Part shown: piece after piece, positions 25,958 through 40,100 of the stretch
How the letters are laid out: every line of letters starts with the position of its first letter
Numbering within the stretch: position 1 is the stretch's first letter
Source: Octopus vulgaris
Lineage: Eukaryota
Reading direction: 5' to 3'
NCBI GenBank assembly: GCA_951406725.2
Contig: OX597818.1
Span: forward strand, 112,096,001 to 112,160,000
DNA: 64,000 nt
The notes under the pieces: generated by a model
The model's database searches: none
What the model was told of the DNA's origin: nothing
The model's input: only the letters and a program-made list of their open reading frames with translations
Position numbers and translations under genes: made by a program

Positions 25958-27234
25958 ATATAATTGAATGCATACATGCATACACAACCATATGTGTGTG
26001 TGTATGTGTGTGTGTGTTTGTACAGGAAAATAATTTTTACACTCAAGTAGAGGTACAAAAAAATCCAAAACATTGGAAGTGCCATTTCACCATTTACTTT
26101 ATGAAAATGTCTATACAAATACTTAACTGGTTTCACATTTTCACAGCAGTAGAATGTCGAGGATTTTATCGCAATTCTTCTGTGTTGCATCACAATGCAT
26201 TACGTTTCCAAAGGTTAACCATTATCATTCTGACGTCAAATGGTCTGTTAGTTCTTCAGTCTAAAGCAAGCTCTAAGTAAATCCTTTGATGACGTCAACA
26301 TCCACTACACTTTTACTCTATGTAATTCTCGAATGTCAATTGCTTTGGCACTTTCGATGCTATAATATATTAACATTGCTGGTTATTGTCTATTAATTAG
26401 CATTCATTTTATTTCATAGATTTTTATTATTTTTTATATTCCAATTTCTAAACGATTGACAAGGTTCTTTGCGCTCGGTTAAATTCAATATTTGTTTTGG
26501 CATGTTTTGTATGGAATGAAAAAACAGTAGTAAGTTCTGTTTTGAATCTACCTGCTTGCAGTTAATACCGGTTTCAATGTATGTGTGTTGTTATTAAGAT
26601 ATCGAGGAATGGAGTGCATTGGTACAGTATTCCTTTATGAACTGTAAATTGCTGTCCACATCAGTAAATAGTAATTTAAAATCGTCAACTTAGTCAAGGG
26701 CGTGTGATCAGAAACTCAATAACGTTTCCAGATATGCATTAAATATATCTGGAGATTGAAACCATAAATTCATTTAGGTTGTTCATACATTTTTATTTTC
26801 CTTCTCTTTGTAATTATATTTGTGTTTCTATGTGTGTGTATTTACGTGTATGTGTATGTGCATGTGTCTGTATGTGCGAGAGAGTATGTGTGTGTGTGAG
26901 TGTATGTATGTGCGCGTGAAAAGCCGACAATACATTTAATTACAAATATGCAAATTTTGTATGTGTAAAAAACCCTATATGTCATAAATATCACATAATG
27001 TAATTTAAAACAGTCGCTACAAGAAATATTGAATATATTTTCTTTATCTTCTTTATCGCATTAGCAAAAAGCTTATCTTGAAAAACATACAGAAATGGCT
27101 GTTATCTCTCTTTAAGCTTGTTAATTACATAGCTTATTTATCTAATTAGCAATTTTATGTTTTAGAAATTTACGAAGCACCCAAAATATCAGAGTAATTT
27201 TATCCGCCTTGAGTGACATGAAATACAATATTCA

Positions 27235-27349
27235 GGACTGTTATCAAGGTGTCGAACATGCGTAAGAATTCGATGTCCTCAGACCCAAAGACAATATTCA
27301 TATATATATATATGTGTCTATACGTACACACACACACACACACACACAC

Positions 27350-27381
<32 letters not shown>

Positions 27382-27441
27382 TGTCTTTTGGTCTGAGGGC
27401 ATCGAATTCTTACACATGTTCGACACCCTGGTAACAGTCCT
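27235..27441. repeat. 61-bp inverted repeat flanking a (TA)/(CA) microsatellite
   Basis: AGGACTGTTATCAAGGTGTCGAACATGCGTAAGAATTCGATGTCCTCAGACCCAAAGACAAT and its reverse complement at 27380-27441. Confidence 0.9.
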
Positions 27442-27762
27442 AGACATAATAGCCAATGCCTCTCATACCGTCTACGTTTAATGCCATTGACCTCTGGAGT
27501 GCTTCTACTTTCATAATGAGTTGCTTCGTATGGGGAGACCACAGTGGGCAATAAATTTAAATACAGGTTAAAATAACCACCTTAAGGGATGGAAAATTTC
27601 CAATGAACGACTGGTTTGTTAAATATTATTTTGTTGGGAATTGCAATATTCCTAAAGTAATAGGCTTAAGTATAAACCTCGGTTTATAAATATTCCAATT
27701 AAAATCCAGAAAATGAAGGAGTAGCGTTAATATAATCTATTAACTTCAAAAATTCAACACGT

Positions 27763-27836
27763 TCACTTACAGCTATTTCAATTTTGTGCAAAAGGATTAA
27801 ATTCCAGTAATTAAAACATGTTTTTCGTCAGAGGAG
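27763..27836 (-). ncRNA. type-I hammerhead-like motif
   Basis: Minus: CTCCT-CTGACGA-AAAAC...AAAATT-GAAA-TAGCTG-TA-AGTGA; both core boxes intact. Confidence 0.6.
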
Positions 27837-28440
27837 TAAAAGACATAGCGTTAGATTATTACATGTTATTCTACCAAAACATCTCAACAGACTGAATCTG
27901 ATTTAATTACTAATATTGGTATAAATCTTGGCCAGGGGGGGGGATACGTTGTATAGGAGTAATATTTGGTAAATGAATGTTAGGTAGTGAGTTACAGTAA
28001 AAACAGTATCGCATGAAGGAGAGAATAAACTAGTGATTACTTTTCTAATTTATTTAAGAAACTGAGTGAATTAATATGAAAAATAAAGTATGAGATTGCT
28101 TCAAGGAAAAACTAAGCTAAGAGCACTAGATTCCTTGGAAAAAAGAACTGGTACATAAATACAAATGCAAATAACATGACATTAACAACAAGTGTCTTTC
28201 GACTAAGGACGAATTAAATTAAATCTGCGTGTGTGGAAGTGAAGCCTTACGGCAGGGGCATAAGAAGTGACAGGCATGGGGAGGAGTATAGATGTTGCAC
28301 GGATGGTAGTCGAAACCAAGAATTATATATACATACAATGTTATATGTACATATACATATTCATCGATATATAATCAAGAATTGCATGTACGAAAACAAA
28401 ATATACGTACGTACATTACAAAGCAATTCTTTCGCCACTA

Positions 28441-28553
28441 ACTTATTCTTTGTAAGACCAGCACTTATTTTATCGATATCTTTTGACGAACCGCTAAGTT
28501 TCGTTGACGTAAGCACACCAGCATTAGTTATCAGGCGATGGTGGTGTAACAAA
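28441..28553 (-). mobile_element. family B SINE fragment
   Basis: ACTTATTCTTTGTAAG...GAACCGCTAAGTT. Confidence 0.75.
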
Positions 28554-28570
28554 CACATATACATAAATAT

Positions 28571-28633
<63 letters not shown>

Positions 28634-28797
28634 AAATGAGAAAATGGAGAAACATACTTAAATCAATCAATCATCAACCATCAGATAATACCCAATCAAT
28701 ACTTTATTACACCATTACATAACAGCAATGACATTATACATAATATATTGCAAATATAACTAGACATGGAAATAGAAATATAAAATACAATTACATC

Positions 28798-28895
28798 ATA
28801 TCTGACAGCTGTATGTCTCATTTAACCTATTAGCCATATAAAGCAGGTATAAATGAGACATTAACAAGGATGTTTCACGGCCTCTTCAGAGAATT
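28798..28895 (-). ncRNA. degenerate hammerhead-like motif
   Basis: Minus: TCT-CTGAAGA-GGCC...internal hairpin ATGTCTCATTTA/TAAATGAGACAT...ACAGCTG-TC-AGA. Confidence 0.5.
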
Positions 28896-29201
28896 TAATA
28901 TAAGTGTGAAAAAAATTTACATATAAATATAAAAATATAAAATATAAAAATGTGTGCATAGACACTCATAATTCTACACATATATATATACACATTAATA
29001 CAATAATACAATATAAACAAAATATATCAGTATACATTAACAAACACAGTTATTTTCCATATTGGACTCCTAGTTCCATAACTAACATCAAGGAAATACA
29101 TGTACACTCACATTTAAATTTAAAGCAGACATATATATATAAAACAGTCCAGTTCATTAAAATGTATAACCATACAAAAAGTCAATAAAATTAATATTAA
29201 T

Positions 29202-29251
<50 letters not shown>

Positions 29252-29499
29252 CCATGATTGTACCATGTAAAGCAAGCGGACATCTACATATCAATAAGTC
29301 TAATTCATCTGTCCGCTTGATATTGATTTTCCTAGATAGATTCAGATTCGATAATACAGTAGATGAATTAATTGCACCGCAATTTTTAACATTTATGTAT
29401 TAGTCTTGTTGGGTACCTCTCTAGCAGTATATTGGATATATGTTATCCCATGGAAGGTTGAATTTACAACCCCTATCTCATTTTATATATATATATATA

Positions 29500-29585
29500 T
29501 GGCGGGCTTCTTTCAGTTTCCGTCTGCCAAATCCACTCACAAGGCTTTGGTCGGCTCGAGGCAATAGTAGTGGATACTTGCCCAA
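29500..29585 (-). mobile_element. family B SINE fragment
   Basis: GGGCTTCTTTCAGTTTCCGTCTGCCAAATCCACTCACAAGGCTTTGGTCGG. Confidence 0.8.
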
Positions 29586-29754
29586 TTTCTCCATCCAACC
29601 CTCCCCTCTCTTGTACAAGGGATTAATCCGCCAATTGCTATTTAGGTTTAGTCTTTTGCTTAACGTCCCAAAGATACACACAAACAAAATTGTATGATTA
29701 CAACCATATTTAACTTTTCCCTTCTTCTTCTATATGCTCTTCTTTTATTTATTC

Positions 29755-29882
29755 TTCCCTCTGATGAAAGTCCTTGTTTCAGATCGGTTTTATTACCAAA
29801 TATGATAAATATTTTTACATATGCTTGTATATCAATGGCAATACCCCTCAACGTTGGAAGCAGAAACAGCTGTTAGATGGGA
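29755..29882 (+). ncRNA. type-I hammerhead-like motif with long stem II insert
   Basis: TCCCT-CTGATGA-AAG...GCA-GAAA-CAGCTG-TT-AGATGGGA; both core boxes intact, palindromic AACAGCTGTT. Confidence 0.6.
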
Positions 29883-30635
29883 TGCAGTCTATTTGAATTG
29901 AACTAATAAATAATATTTGATGTAAGTCAATAGTTGTTCATAAGTACTTCTCCATATTTTCTTGCTTCTTTATAAGCTCGACGTATATGGTGTCCCTGCA
30001 CAACATTGCCCAGGGATAAAACAGATACTGATAGTATATACGGATATTTTATTCCTTAGTCGCTTTCTACAACCGCTAACTCTCTCTCTCTATGTGTTTA
30101 TGTGTGTGTGTATAATACCTAGATGCTAGTTGCTTTTTGTTATCCAATGTGTTTTAAGACATAAAAATATTTTTTGAAGGAGCTAATTTGATGACAATTT
30201 CTCGCAGTTCGAGTGATATGGTTGACAATCTCTAGGGCATATCTGAGTTGGAAGCATTACGACGTTAAATTTAATTTAGTTTACCTTCAAATTTTATTAT
30301 TGAATGAAGTGAAATGTATATTCCTACAGACTTTACTGCACGCAATTTTCTATATGGTTTCAGCTCTAGTCGCTGACATTTGGATGAACACCATCGTAAA
30401 TTTATCAATTAGATAAGGAAGGATCTACTATGGAACCTCGAGCTGTGATAAGAAGCGGCCAGATATCTATGAGAGTTATTTACACAACAGAAAAAGGGAT
30501 TTTGTTGATATAACTGCATTCGTTAACTTTTATATATATATGTTTTATTTATATTTCCTGAGCGCCATACTAATACAATTGTTTGTTTGTTTCCCACCTG
30601 CCTTCGTCTTTTGTCTATTTTCATAAAGCTTCCCG

Positions 30636-30716
<81 letters not shown>

Positions 30717-30843
30717 GTAAATATAATTTGTGACAATTATTCGGTAGCCAAGTCTATATAGGCACAAGGAAAAATGCAGGGGGGAATGTAGAGTACAGAA
30801 AAAATTATGTGTAAAAAATTAATATATCTATAAACCAAATTCT

Positions 30844-30887
<44 letters not shown>

Positions 30888-30969
30888 TATGAAAAAATAA
30901 AAGTAAAATGTATAATGAGATAAAAAACTTGTGTGTGGACATAATATAGAAAGCAGGTTCTATCTGCAG

Positions 30970-31200
30970 TCTTGTGGGGGACCAGAAACGTAACAAAAAT
31001 TGGGAATGTGGGAATGATCCGAAAAGTACTGTCCTTGAGTTTAGACATGTAGCATGGTCTAAACTGCTTTTCCATATAAGCCATCTTTCCATGTTGCATA
31101 GACCACACTTTCCGCTGCCGTTGGTGTAGGGCTTACATTTGGCTAAAATCAGCCAATGGATGTTGTAACTGACATCTTCATGTTTTAAGATGAACAAAAG
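30970..31200 (-). mobile_element. Penelope-like GIY-YIG endonuclease C-terminal fragment
   Basis: LKHEDVSYNIHWLILAKCKPYTNGSGKCGLCNMERWLIWKSSLDHATCLNSRTVLFGSFPHSQFLL fits PLE pattern LK....Y.I.W.IL....PY......C.LC..E......LN.R. Confidence 0.85.
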
Positions 31201-31435
31201 AAAACGAATATTTGAAAAACTGAAACGATCCGTGAGTAAGGAAAGTGAAATTGTTGGCAGTGAGGAATTCTCTAGAGTTGTTATGAATAAAGACAAGGAA
31301 AGGGGAAAGAAAGGGAGGGTTAGAGTAGAAGGATGCTGATTTTAACTGGAAAGGTTTTTGTGAATATAAAGCTGGGGTCCCTTTAATACGTCAATGGTGA
31401 GAAAATAATTTGGCCCAACTAACCGTACACATTTA

Positions 31436-31582
31436 CAGTAATCTCTCGCCATATCGCCATTCACTTATCACGTACTCAGTACATCACGGATTTTTCTGGC
31501 AAATACATGTAAATTTATATCATCGAGTATTTCAGGGTTTCTGCGGCCGATAGGTATTTATATATTTTTAGAAGGGTTACTG
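31436..31582. mobile_element. Tc1/pogo(Tigger)-type MITE remnant
   Basis: TA|CAGTAATCTCTCG ... AAGGGTTACTG|TA: TIR ends with TA duplication. Confidence 0.6.
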
Positions 31583-31996
31583 TATACAGAAAATTTAAGG
31601 GTTTATACCATTTTGACTTGGGCGGAAATGGAATTGAGGGAGTAACGCGATGTAACATGTTTTATTTCAACTTATATTGATTCTCTTATATTGGTTACTA
31701 TCGGCATATTAATTTGTAATTAAATAATAACTTCAGGAATAATAATGAGAGCAACAGATAAAATTTGATTAAAGGGTACATAAAGCAGACAATATGTTAG
31801 AACTCACGACGAAGATTAGAAAGCTGGAGATAACACTCTCTACGTGAGTGCTGTTATCTAGAAGGAAACAAAAAGACGGAAATGTTTAATCAACGTAAGA
31901 TATATTAATCAAACTTGTATGACACTACCAAAAGGATGTTGATGTAGGAACAGCAGCAACAACAACAAGAATAATGGACGACGAGGACGATTATGA

Positions 31997-32350
<354 letters not shown>

Positions 32351-33233
32351 ATTACATTTATGTCTACTTAGTAATTATATTTCGTGTGTTAATGAGAATA
32401 TCGTGAATGAAGCTTTCCCGTCTTTGTAAGAATGGAAACAGTGGAAAATGTCAATTCCAGGGTAATTCTAGGTATTCTGCGTAAATGTAATAAGACCATA
32501 TATAAAATAGCACGAAATCCTATTATTTTCTTGTATATTCTCCATGACTAAATCTTATTATATCATCTGCTCATTACGAACAATTACTTCAATTTAAACT
32601 CAATGTTTCTCTAGAAACACTTAATTTCGAAAGCAGCGAGACATTTATCTAAGGAGACATAGAGTATAGGCGCATGTTTATTCATATACAATTACAGAAC
32701 GTTTCAAAGTTCATGTTGAATGTACGAAAAGTTACAGTAGTAATGTTAAGTGTTAAATTACGTCATAAATAAAATAATTGAAAGCCAGCACTGAAGCCTT
32801 GTTTTGCTAGTTTCTAATATTTAGCGAAGAGCATAAATGCATTATGAAAACATCACAACATAAATCCAAACGCTAAAAGAAGGAGAAAACTGCAATGTTG
32901 ATTCCTCAGCATTTGTTTCAATCTCCAGCGATAAAAAAACAAAACAAAAGTTGTTATGATATATGTAATGTCTATCAGTTAATGGTCCCCTGTTTAAATT
33001 ATATACTTAAATTCAGGGCTCATTCGATCGACCGAGAAGGTGAACATGAGTAATATTTGTAGAATAATCCATAGAGAAAACCAGTTATCGTTAGCAAGTT
33101 ATCCAGTACGGTGGTTTAAGTATCAGTTACGATTTCTGAGATTTATGGAACTTTTTAAGGTAGTCTTTAAATTGAAGACGGTGTGCAGATTGCATGCAAA
33201 CTTATCAAAAGAATGATGGTCACGTACCGAGAA

Positions 33234-33436
33234 AAGGCTCATAACACCGACTTTACGGATTCTGTGGCGTATATATCCCACCGCACTTGAGGGAACGTCA
33301 CTGATTACTTATTTTTGCCTGCTGAGTGAACTCGGGCAACGTGAAATCAAGTGTTTAGATCAAGAAAACAACGAATTGAGACAACAATTTTACGATCATG
33401 AGTGCAAAATCATAACCATTAATCCATGCGCATCCA
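33234..33436 (-). mobile_element. degraded family A SINE
   Basis: GCTGAGTGAACTCGGGCAACGTGAAATCAAGTG...TACGATCATGAGTGC...AACCATTAATCCATGCGCATCCA. Confidence 0.7.
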
Positions 33437-33806
33437 TCTATATACAGACCAGTGATGAGATTCCAAGCATGAATGCTTTCTTTTAAAAATTTATTAGTTA
33501 CTGTGGCCAATGCAAAACTAGTTTCACGATTAATGTACAAACTAAATAAATCAATTTAAAAAAAAGTTAATTTAACTTACAAGTACATTTTCCAATCTTC
33601 ACTTGTATATACCATATTTTAAGGAAAATATAAATAACTATAAAAAATAATTTTACCTTCATTTATCCACATTCGTAACCCAAGGTATTCAGTATATTGG
33701 AACAAGTAAGAGAAGGAGAAGAAACGTACTTCTTCATCCACATTCAAACACGCTTTCTAATGTGTATTGACTTGAGTAACTAAATAAAACAGACTTCCTT
33801 TTCGTA

Positions 33807-33877
<71 letters not shown>

Positions 33878-34644
33878 GGATGTGTTATAATACTCTTCCA
33901 TAGTCATACCAACGATTCAATAATAATAATCCACATATATAAAAACAGCCTTATCAACAATCCAACATACCTCCATCATCAGACAACCCACGGATATCCT
34001 TATTTCGACACCTGGGTACTACCATTCAATCTGGCGGTGTCAACAGCACTAAAATAAGTGTTGTTTAGAAACAAACAAACCAAAGAAGCCACAACATTCA
34101 AACACATTTACCCAATGTGCAACCGTATCGATAAATAAATTCTATAAGTAAATAACAACCCCTACTCAATGCGTAACTAAACGGCGATAATTCTATGAAG
34201 TCACACAAAAATTATAATCCCTACCGTCTTCCGTAGTGTAATATAAAAGTGAAGCTTAATAACCATATTATTTCAATGAATCGAGGAAGCCTCTTCTTCG
34301 CAAAGAAGTGTTTTTGTAGGGATTTTTTTTTTATGCAAGCGGGCACCGGTTTAGCGCTCTTCTCGATTGACGATTCTGGATTTTATTCGCGTGTTTAGAT
34401 AGTAATGTTTTTGGTTGGATTGTTTTATCATTTTAGTATTTTTCACTTTCGAAAGTCCAGTTGTCTCTATGGAAGCTTCATTCATTTTCGATATTGAAGA
34501 AGTAATTAATAGTTAATTAAGAAAACAGAGTATATATATAGAATAATCATAGTGTAGTCAATCGATATTAATAAGTTCTGACATTGTTTTTTGCCTACGT
34601 TACGTTTCAGCCAATTGTAATTGTCCATATTGTCCACCTTAAAG

Positions 34645-34828
34645 ACGGAATGCTTAATGGTACTTCATCCGTTGCTACGTTCTCAGTTCAAATTCCGCCG
34701 AGGTCGACATTACATTTCATCCTCTCGGGATCGATAAATTAAGTAGCAGTAAAACACTCGGTCGTTGTAATCGACTAGTCTCCTCCCCCAAACTTTGAAG
34801 GCCTTATGCCTCCAAGAGAAAGGATTAC
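34645..34828 (+). mobile_element. family C SINE, short-tail variant
   Basis: CGTTCTCAGTTCAAATTCCGCCGAGGTCGAC...TTTCATCCTCTCGGGATCGATAAATTAAGT. Confidence 0.82.
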
Positions 34829-35099
34829 TACATGATAGCTAAACCGATGTCCGAACAAGTCTGAAACCTTTATGAAATGCTTTGTGACGCCTATTTTCTA
34901 TCTTCTACCGTTCATGCAAACCTGCTGTCACATATTGATTGTATGAGAGTTACCTTAGCCTCACTACAACTTCTGGAAATATCACGAAATGCATTTCTCC
35001 AAAATCTTTTTCGCAATGAAGTTCTCACACTTGGAAAAGTTTTGGAAGATTTAAAAATCTTCGATTTAAAAATTATTCTGATAACTCCTCCATAAACAG

Positions 35100-35159
<60 letters not shown>

Positions 35160-35230
35160 GCTAGCTAGCTAGCTAGCTATCTATATGTCTGTCTGTCTGT
35201 CTGTCTCTCTAGCTATCTATTTATCTACCT
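35100..35230. repeat. (TATC)n/(TAGC)n/(TGTC)n microsatellite
   Basis: Direct reading. Confidence 0.95.
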
Positions 35231-35941
35231 GCTTACCTACACACTTGCACACATACACACACGCACGCACGCACACACATACATATGTCTTGTTGTTCTG
35301 CTTCATTTTCGAATTTCTTATACCACTGCTTCTATGTAGTTCTATATAATGCATATATATCCGTGTGAGAGCACATGTGTACGCACGCGCGCTTTACTAC
35401 GTGCGGCTTCTCTCTCCCATATACAACTGCACTTTCACATGCATATTCATATACATATATACATACATGTGAGTGTGTGTTTGTATAGTATATAATTATC
35501 AGAGAACTTACCATCAATGGTGAACTATCTACGCATATACGTGTACCATTTGTTGTTTACAAGCTTAGAATCTATACCCCGGTGTGTTATACATCATTTT
35601 TGATCGAAAATCGTGACGCAGCAACAGATTGAAATGAGACAAAGGGAATATATAAAATGACAGCTTTAGAAACCATAAATTAAAAATGTATGAAATCGTG
35701 GTGCCGTAGTAGACAAGCACATCCATAGAAACTAAATCATAGATGCATATGTTCACAGCACCCATCATACGCAGTATCTAATGCATACGGCTATATACTA
35801 CATTAAGGTAGACTCACAAGTATCTGGTAAATTATATCTAATCGTATGAGTTTGTATGTGGCCATATCTATAGACATGTATCACACACATATATTCTTGT
35901 TCTTTCCGACATTCTTCTCTTTCTTTCGTTTTCACCTCTTT

Positions 35942-35980
35942 GCATACGCATACACATATGCGCGCGCATATATATATATA

Positions 35981-36011
<31 letters not shown>

Positions 36012-36137
36012 ATACGTATATGTATATGTGTACATGCATATGTACCTCTATGTATATCTACATAGACACATATGCGTATATATTTATATATAAACATGTG
36101 TGCGACTATCTATATTTATACACACACACACACGCAC

Positions 36138-36171
<34 letters not shown>

Positions 36172-36192
36172 TTATATATATATATATATATG

Positions 36193-36255
<63 letters not shown>

Positions 36256-36320
36256 ATGTATATAAGAAAAATTGCCTAAGCGAAATATATACGTACACAC
36301 ACATACACACACACACACAC
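35942..36320. repeat. compound (TA)/(TG)/(CA) microsatellite
   Basis: Direct reading. Confidence 0.93.
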
Positions 36321-37146
36321 AGCTTACAAAGAGTTGGTGTTGATAAAAATTATATATCCATACTGAAAGCAATATGTCTAAAATGATGTAATAACTTCAA
36401 GAATCTTTTTTTATTGTGATGTTGTCTGCAAACACTACATAAGTATTTCTCTGAAATTTATTTCATAATGTTCAGAATATATGATCTAAAACAAGCAAGA
36501 CACACCGATAGAGTGAAATGAATAATGTATACATACATGTGTTCATGAATATATGCGTGTTATATGTTAACAAATTAGATATTTGTATGTTTTGCCGTGT
36601 ATACTTTTGTTCCGAAATAAAACAATTGAAAGAGTATAAAGGATGAAGAAAATGGTGTGTATCTGGGTGTGTTTATAGAGAGAAACATAGCTAGCGAGGA
36701 AGTTACACAGATTGGAGGGGGAAAATGAACGAAGAGAGAGGTAGAAAGTAAGAAAGGATAGAAAGTTGGGTATGTAGCAAGGTAGCAGACGACATAGCAA
36801 TTGAGCAAATAAGATGAGCAGACGACTTATCACGTGATCAATAATATGAGAGGAAAAGAATTTTGTTTGTTTGATAGGAACGTTTTCATGTTATGTGAGT
36901 TGTAATTTTATATCGATGTTTGTTGAAAGTCAATAGGGATGAGAAATAATAATTATAGTGATTTAGGAGCTGCGTCTATGTGCTTGTGTGCTTGCATATC
37001 AACGTGTTTCAATTCTGTCTCTGTTGACTGGAACATGGCTGCAGGCATGGTAAGTAGTTAAAATTTATCGCTTGTCAATCACAAGGTGACGAGTTCAATG
37101 TCACCATCGCGACATCTTTCCTTCTAATATATGTACGATGCTAAAT

Positions 37147-37560
37147 GGCGGCGAGCTGGCTGAATCGTTAGCACGCCGGGCGAAATGCTTTGCGGTATTT
37201 CGTCTGCCGTTATGTTCTGAGTTCAAACTCCGCCGAGGTCGACTTAGCCTTTCATTCTTTCGGGGCCGATAAATTAAACACCAGTTACGCACTGGGGTCG
37301 ATGTAATCGACTTAATCCGTTTGTCTGTCAATGTTTGTCCCCTCTGTGTTTAGCCCCTTGTGGGTAGTAAAGAAATAGGTATTTCGTCCGCAGTTACGTT
37401 CTGAGTTCAAATTCCTCCGAGATTGACTTTACCTTTCATCCTTTCGGGGCCGATAAATTAAGTACCAGTTACGCACTGGGGTCGATGTAATCGAATTAAT
37501 CCGTTTGTCTGTCCTTGTTTTTCCCCTCTATGTTTAGCCCCCTGTGGGCAATAAAGAAAT
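37147..37560 (+). mobile_element. family C SINE dimer
   Basis: Head GGCGGCGAGCTGGCTGAATCGTTAG; GTTCAAA at 37221 and 37405 (period 184); junction AAAGAAATAG|GTATTTCGTC. Confidence 0.93.
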
Positions 37561-38123
37561 GATATATTTAAGAGGCTTAACACAAGCTTTTACAGTGAAA
37601 TTCTGTGTACAAAACCCGTGGAATATGTCATATAGGCTGTCACAGTAATTCAAATGGGAAGCTTTATAACACAGGCTCTCAGACGGCTAAATATCTAAGG
37701 AGTTCAATCGATCAACTAACTAGCATATTTATTGTTGAAGCTGAAGGAGAATACTTTAACTCATTTACGGAATTTGAATATTATAATCAACATTATTCGC
37801 TATTCTAGGTATGAATTATTATCATTTCTGGTATCACTGCCTGAGGCAAAATGCTTACTGACATGACATAGTTGACACCATTCGATCTTTGGAAAAAAAT
37901 TTCAGGCAAATTGTCATGAGCACTCCGAGCTGTAACGATGTGTCATCATCTCTTATATCGTAGACCACGATTAGTGCGGCCAAACCGATTGAGAGCTTTA
38001 TTTTTGAATTAATATATAACAGTTATAATGAACATTAGCCTGAATACATACAAAGATGTAGATTCATGTGTTGATGTTACAAATTTGCTGCCCATTTGAG
38101 TTTACGAAACTAAAGGTTATATA

Positions 38124-38724
38124 TATTTCTTTACTGCCCACAAGGGGCTAAACATAGAGGAGACAAACAAGGACAGACAAACGGATTAAGTCGATTACTT
38201 CGACCCCAGTGCGAAACTGGTACTTTATTTATCGACCCCGAAAGGATGAAAGGCAAATTCAACCTTGACGGAATTTGAACTCAGAACGTAACGCCAGACG
38301 AAATACCTATTTCTTTACTACCCACAAGGGGCTAAACACAGAGAGGACAGACACGGACAGCCAAACGGATTAATTCGATTATATCGACCCCAGTTGCGTA
38401 ACTGGTACTTAATTTATCGACTCCGAAAAGATGAAAGGCAAATTCAACCTCGGCGGAATTTGAACTCAGAACATAACAGCAGACGAAATACATATTTCTT
38501 TACTGCCCACATGAGGTAAACATAGAAGGGCCAAACAAGGACAGACAAACGGATATAGTCGATTATATCGACCCCAGTGCGTAACTGGTACTTAGTTTAT
38601 CGACCCTGAAAGGATGAAAGGCAAAGTCGACCTCGGCGGAATTTGAACTCAGAACGTAGCGGCAAACGAAATACCACTAAGCGTTTCGCCCGGCGTGCTA
38701 ACGATTCTGCCAGGTCGCCGCCTT
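38124..38724 (-). mobile_element. family C SINE trimer with a single TSD
   Basis: GAATTTGAAC at 38271, 38456, 38639; TSD AACTAAAGGTTATA at 38108-38121 and 38729-38742. Confidence 0.94.
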
Positions 38725-39516
38725 CCGGAACTAAAGGTTATAGCTAAATCTGATTCATCTTGATTCACCGGCCCAGAAATTGTACGATTATCCTTGATCC
38801 ACGAAGTCATGTTCCTGGTTGCGTAATATCGACTGGATCTATCGGGTAAATAGGCATTCGTGCGTAATGTGCATTCTTCTGATAATACACAAGCGATTTT
38901 GCTTAATCGACTGTTTCTTTACTCGGTGTTCTTCAGATGCTGTTACATTAACTCAATCACTTTTATGTAAAGGTATCAATAAAACGTCTGTTTTATAATT
39001 ATTTGTTATTGAATAATGTTAGAAAACGCGATCACGTCCACTAGGGTTTAAATTGTTCTACTGAGAAGTTAGTCAAATAGCGTTCTCTGATTGCATGACG
39101 TATTCCTTGATGTTGATGAAGCCATCAAATGGAGCCATAAAATCAGTCAGGTTAAGGTTTGTGGGAAAATAGTGCACCAGTACGAAAAGCAGAGCAACAT
39201 TTTCAGCTTCATCGAGGGTCAATTGACGTCGTTAAAACTAGAGTTAAACATACTAACATGCATGCTTTCCATCGTTTTTAATTGAGTGCATAGTATTGTT
39301 ATGAAGTTGTGCGTCGATGCTCGCAATGACTGAACGGGGAGTTTATTACACTTTGATAGTATATAACTCTTACTTTCCTAGATGCTGTTTTATCACAACA
39401 CGCACATACACACACATAGCATAATTATATAAAACAAGAAATAATATTTGTCTCTATAGAAACAAAAGGGTTTACAGGACAGCAAAAGAAGTGCTCCAAT
39501 ATGAATGAAACGAGGA

Positions 39517-39768
39517 TAAAGAAGCATTGGTTATAGACCAAACATTAAAATTTTGGGTCAACGAATTTACATACAACGCCACCCCTCAAATAGGTTTGTA
39601 TTGTATTTGGTTATATACTTCTACCTTCTGTGATTTTTTGTATATGTATTATTTATCATATACGTTTGTGAACCATGGAGATTTTTATATGTGATTATAT
39701 GTTGGCGGGGTGATGTTGTATGTAAAGTCGTTGACCAAAATTTAATGTTTGTTCTATAACCAATACTT

Positions 39769-39773
<5 letters not shown>
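39517..39773. mobile_element. MITE-like element with ~75-bp TIRs
   Basis: TAAAGAAGCATTGGTTATAGACCAAACATTAAAATTTTGGGTCAACGAATTTACATACAAC... mirrored at 39699-39773. Confidence 0.8.
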
Positions 39774-39821
<48 letters not shown>

Positions 39822-39824
<3 letters not shown>

Positions 39825-40100
39825 TATATAAAAATTCATTCTATCTGTATGTGTGTGTGTCTTCTAGGATCTCGGGCATCCTGCATCCGATTGCGGTCAA
39901 ATTTGATACGTAGCTACCGACGGTATCAGGGCGTGTGTAAGTCTTGAAAGAATTACAAAAATCGATTCCAGGTGAGAATGCGATCGATAAAGCCATGGGA
40001 ACGTGCATTTGTACGCGCAAGTACATCAGCTGTTGCGATCGATTCTACGCGTACACGAGAAAAGTGAACGTGCAGTTTGCGCAAAAAATGCCGGCTGACT
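39822..40100 (+). mobile_element. possible truncated non-autonomous Helitron 5' part
   Basis: TATATAAAA...TCTGTATGTGTGTG...ATCTCGGGCATCC...CCGATTGCGGTCAAATTTGATACGTAG resembles Helitron 5' regions and 46043; no 3' CTAG seen. Confidence 0.4.
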
